Below are positions 39,901-47,444 of a DNA stretch of 64,000 nucleotides, piece by piece. The DNA comes from Peptococcaceae bacterium UBA5752 (GTDB lineage: Bacteria; Bacillota; Dehalobacteriia; UBA4068). The number at the start of each line of letters is the position of its first letter. Position 1 is the stretch's first letter. Under the pieces are notes generated by a model. It made no database searches. It saw nothing but the letters and a program-made list of their open reading frames with translations, and was not told where the DNA came from. The stretch covers positions 14,851 through 78,850 of the forward strand of contig DIFI01000020.1 of NCBI GenBank assembly GCA_002419055.1. Direction: 5' to 3'. The translations under genes were made by a program, and so were the position numbers.

Positions 39901-40549
39901 TGAAGTTTGCCGCTATCCAATAAAATGGACCGTCAGTGAATTAAATAAAACAGCTTCCTTTGCCGATGACTGCCAAGAAAGCTGTTTGATTGAAGAAGCA
40001 GCGTTGGATGAGGCTGATCTACCTAAATTAGCTGCTAATGAACGTGGTTCTATTTATCATTTACTCTTGGAAAAGATTAATGTCAGTGGCTGTCAAAGCG
40101 TTGATGATGTTACGGATCAAATCAAAGCCTTTACCGATCAGGGCATACTAAAAACTCGTGATACGGAAATTATTGATTCTGCCGCTATCGTTGCTTTATT
40201 TACTTCACCGCTGGGGCAGCGGATGATAGCCGCACCGCAAGTTTATAGGGAAGTGCCTTTTACTTATGCGTTACCGGCGAGGGAACAGCTTGATATTGCA
40301 AAAGAAGATGATATGCTGATCGTTCAGGGTATGATCGACGCGGTTTTCAAAGAAGAAGACGCGCTGGTAATCATCGACTATAAAACCGGCAGCCGCGGTA
40401 AAAGTGAACAACAGATATTGGCAACGTATGCCAGACAGTTAGCCTATTATCGCCGCGCTATCGCCGATATCTGGCAATTGCCGGTCAAAGAAGCGTATCT
40501 GTATATGATCGACACACAGCAAATTATTGCAGTACCCGAAGTTATTTAA
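36962..40549 (+). CDS. addA: ATP-dependent helicase/nuclease subunit A (AddA)
   Basis: ATG 36962 overlaps the addB stop. UvrD-type helicase motifs (AGAGSGKT, VDEYQD, NYRS, SIHKSKGLQF) and a C-terminal nuclease (GMIDAVF...IIDYKTG). Confidence 0.93.
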   Translation: MAKITFNQQQMAAIETSGNNILVAAGAGSGKTAALVERIIRQISRNDDPVDIDCLLSLTFTNAAASEMRQRIDEALTALLKKRGGEDQWLLRQLALLPQAHISTIHSFCLDVVRHNFYRLGLDNGFRIPSETEGLLLRDEAIDNFFEAEFAHEESCLPLISDTYGCGNDQKKLARLLTDLHSFSSSQPHPRQWLKDAAAVFACPQTIDDLPFADFVFMQLKRSIQQSRNYFGLALTTRDIADKCQQQLMREDEMLGSLLQISSMPQLIKSLAGCKFDRWLPIDKNTPLKDKERFAFLRNAGRDVIKELQKKYCRRSLQMQLADLRQAAPLLSGLCELTIAYDEAITQEKRRRNLVDFSDMEHFCLQILEDEESGVADGLRSQFVEILVDEYQDINPVQERILQLLQNGSNCFAVGDVKQSIYRFRMAEPGLFLSKYQQYALDQGGIRIDLNLNYRSSCNIINCINYIFCRLMSEETAEIAYDQDAALHAGSNIKGDPCELWLLNRPEADQNVDSEGGIPELSENGDQSDSAGIKDARSEAQLIGKRIRQLCNQQHYNYRDIAILLRSPRNTDQEIVKQLLAMGIPAVADKSPSYLDQPEVALIISCLKIIDNPLQDIPFTAALRSPLAGFTSEELVQIRFIDKQQSFYGCLQQIVAGEDVLAVKAAAFLEQLAAWRKQAGKGHLADLIWQLCQTRGFYQLSGALPGGRSRQANLRALHQQACEYERSSFSGLSRFINLLDDALEKNSTNESERLLSESADVVRVMSIHKSKGLQFSVVFVASLGRRLQFPQAKEDVVWHKDFGIGAKIIDIDRRIKFNSFARAAIVDKLHQEAIAEDLRTLYVALTRAASQLILVGTISKTPNKIEEYFNSLAVSADEQIFSGSVMQSKGSFLEWLLMVLLHHPDAAELRERYDCDCQPISDDQSRWRIYFDQQSSIEQQSDAAVTVDAHLQAIAEQKELPPTPQAEMINQIMSYRYPFAEVCRYPIKWTVSELNKTASFADDCQESCLIEEAALDEADLPKLAANERGSIYHLLLEKINVSGCQSVDDVTDQIKAFTDQGILKTRDTEIIDSAAIVALFTSPLGQRMIAAPQVYREVPFTYALPAREQLDIAKEDDMLIVQGMIDAVFKEEDALVIIDYKTGSRGKSEQQILATYARQLAYYRRAIADIWQLPVKEAYLYMIDTQQIIAVPEVI

Positions 40550-41342
40550 GCGGCACCTGCTTTAATTGCCGCTGCTCAAAGAGGCTGATATACTTAAATC
40601 CCGCTTCTTCGATTAGCTGGTAACCGTCTTTAATCCGATAAAACAGACTACGCGGAACGTGAGAATCGGAGCCGCAGGTGATGATTTCTCCGCCCAGTTG
40701 TTTATAACGGCGCAATATCTCCGGTGCGGGATGGGCTTCGTAGCAACCGCAGCGCCAGCCGCCGGTATTTATTTCTAAGCCTTTACCGCGTTCAATCAAC
40801 TGTTTGAGCAGCGGGTCGAGGTATTCGGCATAATCATCATAAACGAAATTCACTTGTGGCAGTTGTTGATCACGGCGGATCAGATCTATGTGTGCCAGTA
40901 CATCGAAGTCTTCCATCTCCGATACCGCAGCCAATAAAGCCGCGAAATATTCGTTGTAAGCCTGCGTTAGAGTTTTACCTGCTGAAAAGGTACCGTTGAA
41001 AATAGGCAGATCATCGATAAAGTGCAGCGAGCCCAAGACAAAATCGTAATTTCCGGCTTTAACTGCGGCTTCCGTTTGGGGCTGCATCAACGGCTGCCAG
41101 CCGGCTTCAACCCCCATGCCGATAGCAAAATCAGGGAATAATTGGCGTGAGAGCTCAATCTCTTGATAATATTGCTGCCAATCAGGCAACCCACCGATAG
41201 GAGAATCTTGCGAGCACTCGATATGTTCGGTAAAAGTGACGCCGCTACCTCCGGCGGCAATTACCAAGGCGCAGATTTCGGCAATCGGCGTGCTGCCATC
41301 AAATGAGATGCTGCTATGACAATGATAATCATAATATTTCAT
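40542..41342 (-). CDS. PHP-domain phosphoesterase, histidinol-phosphatase (HisJ/HisK) family
   Basis: MKYYDYHCHSSISFDG (PHP HxH motif), later His/Asp ligands (THIE..., GSLH, AHID, GSDSH). ATG 41342 behind GAGGGAG overlaps the hflX stop. Confidence 0.75.
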   Translation of the reverse strand: MKYYDYHCHSSISFDGSTPIAEICALVIAAGGSGVTFTEHIECSQDSPIGGLPDWQQYYQEIELSRQLFPDFAIGMGVEAGWQPLMQPQTEAAVKAGNYDFVLGSLHFIDDLPIFNGTFSAGKTLTQAYNEYFAALLAAVSEMEDFDVLAHIDLIRRDQQLPQVNFVYDDYAEYLDPLLKQLIERGKGLEINTGGWRCGCYEAHPAPEILRRYKQLGGEIITCGSDSHVPRSLFYRIKDGYQLIEEAGFKYISLFEQRQLKQVPLK

Positions 41343-43122
41343 GCTGTTCTCCCTCAAGTTTCGACTTAATTCCTTGTTGGCATAATTGTCCCCAGAGTCG
41401 GCGCGGTATTTCCGCGCTGATTTTTATGCCTTGTTCGGTATACTCTACCTGCCTGACCCTACCTTCTTCGTAACAGGCCGCTACCACCGCGTTACCATCA
41501 GGCGGCAGCAAATACTCTACGGCAACCAACCGTTCTGCTATTTGAGCTGCGATCATTTCCTTTAGCTGCTGCAACCCTTGGCCGCTGGTGGCAGAAATAG
41601 CCACTGCCGGATTAAAGATGCCGAGCAGTCTTTGCATGGCATCGGAGTTGCCCAGCAGATCAGTTTTATTGATAACATTGATCATTGGTTTATCGGCTGC
41701 TGACAATTTTGCCACTACCTTCATCACGGCGCTGGCCTGATCTTCAATATCATCAGCCGATCCGTCCATTACATGCAGTAGCAAATCAGCGTCGGCAACC
41801 TCTTCTAATGTTGCGGAAAAAGCTGCTATAAGATGGTGTGGTAAGCGGCGGATAAAACCGACCGTATCGCTTAAAAGTATTTCCTGCCCCTGCATCAATT
41901 CCACACGTCTGGTCAACGGATCGAGGGTGGCAAAAAGTTTATCTTCTGCTATGGTATCGGCAGCGGATAAAGCATTGAGCAGAGAGCTTTTACCGGCATT
42001 GGTGTAGCCGACCAGGGTAACCTTGAAAAGCTGTTCTTTAGTCCGCCGTTGGCGTTGCACGCTGCGCCCACGACAAATATTATCTAAGGCACTTTGCAGG
42101 TCATCAATACGTCCGCGGATCTTGCGCCGATCCATTTCCAGCATCGATTCACCGGGACCGCGAGTGCCGATACCGCCGCCAAGCCGAGAAAGCTGAGTTC
42201 CCTGTCCACTGAGGCGCGGCAGTAAATAGCGCAGTTGCGCCAGCTCAACCTGTAGCTTGCCCTCATAACTAATAGCCCGTGATGCAAATATATCCAATAT
42301 CAACATAGTTCGGTCGATGATTTTACGGTCAATTATTTGCGCCAATGTAGCCATTACCGAAACCGGCAGTTCATCATCGAAAATTATCACATCTGCCTGT
42401 TTGACCTGGGCCAGCATGGCAATTTCTTTGGCCTTGCCTTTACCTATATAAGTTGCGGCCTCCGGACGGTTCTTTTTTTGATAAAGTGAATCAACAACTT
42501 TGATACCGGCCGTTGCGGCTAATTGAGCAAGCTCCGCCAGGGAACGCTGCGTTTCTTCGCTTCCAGCTCCGCAATCAAGTGCTACCAATATCGCTTTTTC
42601 TGCGGAGGCTGTTTGTTCTTCATCTAATACCTGTTTACGCAAAGGCAGCTGGCTACGCCAATTATACTCTGCCGCTGCAGCCCAATCCATAATCATTGGC
42701 TGTTCCGGCACAAATGCGATACCGACTGTAGTAATCGCTGCATCGCTGCCGACACCAAGCGCGGCGATACAATCTAAGCCTGATGCTGCCAGCGCCGACA
42801 AATCAGCATCGCTTAATATGCCGCTGCCCTGTGGATGAGTGTGCACGCAATGCAGTCCCGACAAAGGTGCGTATTGCCGCCGCGCATGCTGAAGTTCGGG
42901 CAGGGATATATCTCCGCTATTGCCCACAGCAATCGCTGCAATCTGACCACGCCGGTCAATATAGACCGCTACCTCTCTGTTGATACGGCGGCTGACTGAC
43001 GCCATTTCTTCAGCCAACTGCTGACCGATAAGATTGTCCGATTCAACTGTCAGTTCAGGCCAACTTTCCATTTTTTCCAAAACAACTTTGCTGATTCCAT
43101 CAATATTTCCGGATACTTTCAT
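41329..43122 (-). CDS. hflX: GTPase HflX with ~170-aa N-terminal extension
   Basis: From about residue 175 this is canonical HflX: IDRTMLILDIFASRAISYEGKLQVELAQL, GGIGTRGPGE, G1 GYTNAGKSS, G3 DTVGF, G4 NKTD. At 597 aa it is about 170 aa longer than a ~426-aa HflX. Confidence 0.9.
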   Translation of the reverse strand: MKVSGNIDGISKVVLEKMESWPELTVESDNLIGQQLAEEMASVSRRINREVAVYIDRRGQIAAIAVGNSGDISLPELQHARRQYAPLSGLHCVHTHPQGSGILSDADLSALAASGLDCIAALGVGSDAAITTVGIAFVPEQPMIMDWAAAAEYNWRSQLPLRKQVLDEEQTASAEKAILVALDCGAGSEETQRSLAELAQLAATAGIKVVDSLYQKKNRPEAATYIGKGKAKEIAMLAQVKQADVIIFDDELPVSVMATLAQIIDRKIIDRTMLILDIFASRAISYEGKLQVELAQLRYLLPRLSGQGTQLSRLGGGIGTRGPGESMLEMDRRKIRGRIDDLQSALDNICRGRSVQRQRRTKEQLFKVTLVGYTNAGKSSLLNALSAADTIAEDKLFATLDPLTRRVELMQGQEILLSDTVGFIRRLPHHLIAAFSATLEEVADADLLLHVMDGSADDIEDQASAVMKVVAKLSAADKPMINVINKTDLLGNSDAMQRLLGIFNPAVAISATSGQGLQQLKEMIAAQIAERLVAVEYLLPPDGNAVVAACYEEGRVRQVEYTEQGIKISAEIPRRLWGQLCQQGIKSKLEGEQHEIL

Positions 43123-43323
43123 AAAACTCCTTATTGTTTTATTTTAACGCTTATGCTGCTTTGAAACCGTTAACAGACTTCTTATATATTTAATGCTGTT
43201 TAGCAATCTTCAAAGCCTATTATATTATTTTTTTAATTAGTTAGTTTTTATGCATAAATTAGTAGCCTTAACAGCTTTTTGTTTGTTAATCGTCAGCTAT
43301 CAGGTAACTTTTTAAAATTAATG

Positions 43324-44154
43324 TTAATGTTGCTTGTCCGTAAACATCTTACGCAAAGCATCGCCCAAAATCATAATATCTCTGGGCTGGCTATCGCCCA
43401 TGGCATAGGATGTCGAAAGGCGCAAATATTCTATACTGCTCGGATTAGCTCCCACCAGCGTAGCCAGTACGATATCGAGCGCAAGTAAATCGCGTCCGAT
43501 CAGCAGCGTGCTTTGCGGCAATTGTTGATAACCTTTATTTCCTTTTATACCATCAATTATTGTTAAATCCGGCTCCCTTAAATCATAAAGGTCAACTAAT
43601 GCCCGCTGATACTGCTCCGGCGGCATCAACGCCAAATCGGGGGAACCGTTTGCGATATTGATAAAGCCCCCGCCGAATAAAGTACCGTTTTCCGACTTCA
43701 GTTTGGGGATATTAATCAAGGTATCGGCATGCAACAGACATTGATAGATCTGCATTTGCTCCTTCGCTAAGTTGTTGGTTGTCGGTCTGGTTGCCGTGAT
43801 CATCATCGAAAGATCAATAAAATCGACTTCCAAATCCTCACACAGTTGGGCATAACCGCTGATTTGCAGCACTTGATCAAAATCAAACCCATCAATAGCT
43901 TTACCTGCCAGTGTAACCATCCCGCAGCCTGCTCCGCGGGCAAGATTAATCAACGCCGCTACCACGGCAGGTGTAGTATTAATACCTGCTTCAGGTGGTA
44001 CCGGCAACCCCCAATCTGGTAATATTACGATATTATCACCACTGTTAACAAAAAACTCGATTCCTTCAAAAGCCGTCAGCATTTTGCTTATGGTATCTTC
44101 AATCTCGGTGGCTGAAGGCTGCTGCTTAAAAGCCCACGAAGCGATAATGGACAT
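43324..44154 (-). CDS. Hypothetical protein, possibly DUF362 family
   Basis: SD GGAGGT. The segment GDNIVILPDWG...EAGINTTPAVVAALINLARGAGCG resembles the DUF362 core (KPN...tTxPxvv). The family assignment is weak. Confidence 0.5.
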   Translation of the reverse strand: MSIIASWAFKQQPSATEIEDTISKMLTAFEGIEFFVNSGDNIVILPDWGLPVPPEAGINTTPAVVAALINLARGAGCGMVTLAGKAIDGFDFDQVLQISGYAQLCEDLEVDFIDLSMMITATRPTTNNLAKEQMQIYQCLLHADTLINIPKLKSENGTLFGGGFINIANGSPDLALMPPEQYQRALVDLYDLREPDLTIIDGIKGNKGYQQLPQSTLLIGRDLLALDIVLATLVGANPSSIEYLRLSTSYAMGDSQPRDIMILGDALRKMFTDKQH

Positions 44155-44242
44155 CTACGTACCTCCAAAAATTTGTGGTTATTTTATTATATTATTATAC
44201 CACAATTGAGGTGTAGGACAAAAGCTCTTAGGAATAAAAATA

Positions 44243-44422
44243 TTAACAAAGCAGCGCCCAAACGAAAAGCAAGAATAAAGCCACCCCAATCAAAAATGCG
44301 GGGCAGGCAAGCATTGAAATCAGCAGGGTGGCAATGGCAATAATCAATATGATATCGCCCGTACCATGACCACAAATAAGCCGTTCAATGTGTTTACGGA
44401 ATTTATTATGAATACCGCCCAT
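44243..44422 (-). CDS. Small hydrophobic protein (59 aa); not in the supplied ORF track
   Basis: SD AGGAGA lies 8 nt upstream of ATG 44422 (minus strand). Translation: MGGIHNKFRKHIERLICGHGTGDIILIIAIATLLISMLACPAFLIGVALFLLFVWALLC. It has a basic N-terminus and two predicted TM helices, and uses a different frame from the listed 44187..44375 ORF. Confidence 0.4.
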   Translation of the reverse strand: MGGIHNKFRKHIERLICGHGTGDIILIIAIATLLISMLACPAFLIGVALFLLFVWALLC

Positions 44423-44520
44423 ATAACATTCTCCTAAGTGCTTTTTTATATTATATGGTTCAGGTATTAATATGGTGAATTATGTTGCCTTATTGGTGGA
44501 TTTACGCTATTATGTGAAAT

Positions 44521-45147
44521 ATGGGTAAGCAAAAACAGCAACAAATATTAAAAATATTAGAGGATACTTACCGGGGAAGCGGTACAGCGCTGCAATTCGG
44601 CTCGCTGTTTCAGCTTCTGGTTGCGGTAATGCTGTCGGCTCAGACCAATGATAATCAGGTAAATGCTATTACCGGGCAATTATTTGCCCGTTACCCAATG
44701 GCTGCCGATTTTGCTTCTTTAACGGCAGCAGATCTTGAACCGCTAATAAGTTCATGCGGACTTTATAAAAACAAGGCAAAGAATATTATTGCGTCAGCAA
44801 AGATGATTTGTGAATGCTATAGTGGCGAGGTGCCTTGTAATAAAGAGGCCCTGATTAAATTGCCAGGTGTTGGCGCCAAGACAGCTAATGTTGTATTGAG
44901 TGTTGGCTTCGGCATCCCGGCACTGGCTGTTGATACGCATGTTTTTCGTGTTGCTAATCGGTTGGGTTTAGCCGAGGCAAAAACTCCGGAGCAAACCGAA
45001 ACTCAACTGTGCGCATTGATACCACGGGAACAATGGGGAGATGCTCATCATTGGTTGATCTGGCATGGCCGCAAAATTTGTAAAGCAAAGCATCCTCAGT
45101 GCAGCGAATGTCCATTAAACAATGTGTGCCCTTCAAATCAAGGATAG
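44521..45147 (+). CDS. nth: Endonuclease III (DNA glycosylase/AP lyase)
   Basis: HhH-GPD motif (LPGVGAKTANVVL...VDTHVFRV) and 4Fe-4S cluster loop C-x6-C-x2-C-x5-C (CKAKHPQCSECPLNNVC). Confidence 0.92.
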   Translation: MGKQKQQQILKILEDTYRGSGTALQFGSLFQLLVAVMLSAQTNDNQVNAITGQLFARYPMAADFASLTAADLEPLISSCGLYKNKAKNIIASAKMICECYSGEVPCNKEALIKLPGVGAKTANVVLSVGFGIPALAVDTHVFRVANRLGLAEAKTPEQTETQLCALIPREQWGDAHHWLIWHGRKICKAKHPQCSECPLNNVCPSNQG

Positions 45148-45165
45148 GGTAATAAGGAGAAATAA

Positions 45166-46656
45166 ATGAAAATTAATAACAAAAATATATTTAGTTGTTT
45201 ATTGGTTATATTTATTTTAGTACTGGCTTTATCTTCAGTAGCAGCCACGGTAGAGACTGACAGTACCTCGTCTGATGTCAGTGACGAAACGGCTACGCTG
45301 CTCTACCTGCAATATAATTCTTACTATGATTTATCGGATGAAGTGCTGGAGGCAAAAACAGCTGAAGATATGATCTCCGCATTGCAAAAACAGGATATCT
45401 GGGCAAGCTATATGACAGCGGAACAATACAAGCAAGTGTCTCTTAATGTTTCCGGAGATATTATCGGTATTGGTGTGCAAATGGAGGAGCAATCCGGCAA
45501 GGTGGTAATTATTGGTACAGTCGTCGGTGCCTCGGCAGCCAAGGCCGGTTTAAAAAAAGATGATATAATCGTTAAGGTTGACGGTACTTCCACGGAGGGC
45601 ATGACATCTGCGGAAGTTAAGCAATTGTTGACCGGTGAGCTTTATACACAAGTCGAAGTTACAGTGGAGAGAAACGGACGACAAATCACCAAAAAAATAA
45701 ATCGAGTGCGTGTAGAAACGCAAAGTGTTGGCAGCCTGATGCTCGAAGATGATATCGGTTATTTGCGTATTTACCAATTTACCGATCATACATACGATCA
45801 AGTTAAGTCCGAGGTTACTGCTCTGCAAAAGAGTGGCATGAAAAAGCTGGTGCTTGATCTTCGCGATTGTCCGGGAGGGGTTGTCAATTCTGCGGTTGAT
45901 GTCTGTGGTCTTTTGGCTGCAACAGGTCCGGAAGCTTTTGTAGTTACTAGAAGTGGGTATAGGAGCTTTTATGTAGCAGATGAAGATATTGAGACAATAG
46001 ATATTCCATTGGCGGTACTGATTAATGGATCTACGGCCAGCGCCGCGGAGTTTCTGGCTGCTGATATCCAGGACGAAAATGTAGGAGTATTGATTGGTGA
46101 ACAGAGTTACGGCAAGGGCTTTATCCAACACATGGTGAAATTGCCGAGCGGCGCGGGAATAAAATTTACAATTGCCAAATATATCTCGCGCGGCTATCAG
46201 GATATTGATGAATCCGGCGGTGTGATGCCCGATCTCTATTTGACCGACAAAGATGCTCAATTAGCAAAGTCCATAAGTTATTTAAAGGATGTTAAAGCTG
46301 ATCCTCAGCGCATTTCGGTATTTATCGGCAAAGCAAATGTGGCAGCGATTGGTGTTTGGAGTACGCTACCAGGGGTATCTTTCCTCCAAGGTGGTAAATC
46401 ATATGCGGCTGCCGCATCATTACTGTCGGCGTTTGGCTGGGAGGTCAGTTATGCCGATGGCTGCATCTATTGTTATGACGGTCAAAACCGCTTAATTATA
46501 GATACAGCTGCTAAAAAAGTTATTGGAGGCGGCACGACTGCCGATATAATCGTTAAATATGGTATTGCTTATCTACCGTTATCTTTTTTAAGAAAATTAG
46601 ACTATACAGTCAATTGGGATAGCACCGGCCAGGTTGTAAGAATATATAGTAATTAA
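45166..46656 (+). CDS. S41 family C-terminal processing peptidase with C-terminal copper-amine-oxidase-N-like domain
   Basis: Signal peptide, PDZ domain (GIGVQME...GKVVIIGTVVGASAAKAGLKKDDIIVKVDG), S41 core (LVLDLRDCPGGVV..., LINGSTASAAEFLA, SYGKGFIQ). The C-terminal ~110 aa resemble the stalk domain common in Clostridia and Negativicutes. Confidence 0.85.
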   Translation: MKINNKNIFSCLLVIFILVLALSSVAATVETDSTSSDVSDETATLLYLQYNSYYDLSDEVLEAKTAEDMISALQKQDIWASYMTAEQYKQVSLNVSGDIIGIGVQMEEQSGKVVIIGTVVGASAAKAGLKKDDIIVKVDGTSTEGMTSAEVKQLLTGELYTQVEVTVERNGRQITKKINRVRVETQSVGSLMLEDDIGYLRIYQFTDHTYDQVKSEVTALQKSGMKKLVLDLRDCPGGVVNSAVDVCGLLAATGPEAFVVTRSGYRSFYVADEDIETIDIPLAVLINGSTASAAEFLAADIQDENVGVLIGEQSYGKGFIQHMVKLPSGAGIKFTIAKYISRGYQDIDESGGVMPDLYLTDKDAQLAKSISYLKDVKADPQRISVFIGKANVAAIGVWSTLPGVSFLQGGKSYAAAASLLSAFGWEVSYADGCIYCYDGQNRLIIDTAAKKVIGGGTTADIIVKYGIAYLPLSFLRKLDYTVNWDSTGQVVRIYSN

Positions 46657-46727
46657 ATAATGCTTGTATCATAAACATCATCTGCTATACATATAAATAG
46701 TAAAAAAGAACATAAGCAGGTGATAAT

Positions 46728-47393
46728 ATGGGCAGTATTAATGATTATAATTGGGATTATCAAGAAAAACCCAAAAAAAGCCGTCGGCCTTTTGTCTTCC
46801 GCTTTGGGCGGCAGATATTATTGGCGGCTGCTTTTTTTGTCGTAGTAGCAGCTTTTATCAACGCTGATAATATTATAGGCAGTGCGGCACGCTATGTGAT
46901 GGGAGAAGGACTTGATATGAATAGCAGCTGGGTTGATTTTGATTCCGCCAAAGTCAATACAGGAGAAGATGATGATGTAGCTGTAATGGCCGATGCAGCC
47001 GCTCCGGAGGCTTTTTTGGCGCCTGCATCCGGAGTTGTTGTCAGAGATATTACCGTAAGCGAAGATGGCGTTGCAACTGAAAAAGGCATTATCATCCGTG
47101 GTGAGGCCGGACAAAAGGTCAAAGCGGCAGCGGACGGAGAGGTATTATATCTTGGCGAAAGCAGCGACGGGATGATTGTGCAGATAGAGCATAGTGGTGG
47201 GTATTATAGTGTTTATCAGGGGTTAAGCGAAATTGCAGCCAAAAATAATGATAGCGTTACCGCAGGCGATATTATTGGCAGTAGCGAATCAGGAGAAATT
47301 ATCTTTTCAGTTTTTAATGATCAAGGAGAGCTAAATCCACTGGATTTACTTTTTGGAGAAACGGAAGCTTCAACAAACGCGGCAGGGGAATGA
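46728..47393 (+). CDS. Membrane-anchored LytM/M23-like protein lacking catalytic residues
   Basis: Basic N-terminus, one TM helix and a C-terminal M23 fold (AAADGEVLYLGES...VQIEHSGGYYSVYQGL...VTAGDIIG). The HxxxD position reads EKGIII and the HxH position reads IIFSVF. Confidence 0.65.
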   Translation: MGSINDYNWDYQEKPKKSRRPFVFRFGRQILLAAAFFVVVAAFINADNIIGSAARYVMGEGLDMNSSWVDFDSAKVNTGEDDDVAVMADAAAPEAFLAPASGVVVRDITVSEDGVATEKGIIIRGEAGQKVKAAADGEVLYLGESSDGMIVQIEHSGGYYSVYQGLSEIAAKNNDSVTAGDIIGSSESGEIIFSVFNDQGELNPLDLLFGETEASTNAAGE

Positions 47394-47444
47394 AGTATCA
47401 GCGAAGAAGATATTAAGGGTAGAATATAAGAGTCATTTTGGGGA

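Noticed and set aside
44187-44375. Listed 62-aa minus-strand ORF
   Set aside because: It has no ribosome-binding site and runs across the promoter of the downstream gene. An alternative frame with a strong SD (44243..44422) explains the region better.
45550-46260. 236-aa minus-strand ORF inside the S41 peptidase gene
   Set aside because: It is fully embedded antisense to a well-supported CDS, has no SD, and its translation is not protein-like (Ile/Phe/Asn-rich with no recognisable motifs). The antisense ORFs at 34147..34728 (in addB), 18769..19311 (in yqfD) and 36304..36780 (in addB) were rejected for the same reasons.
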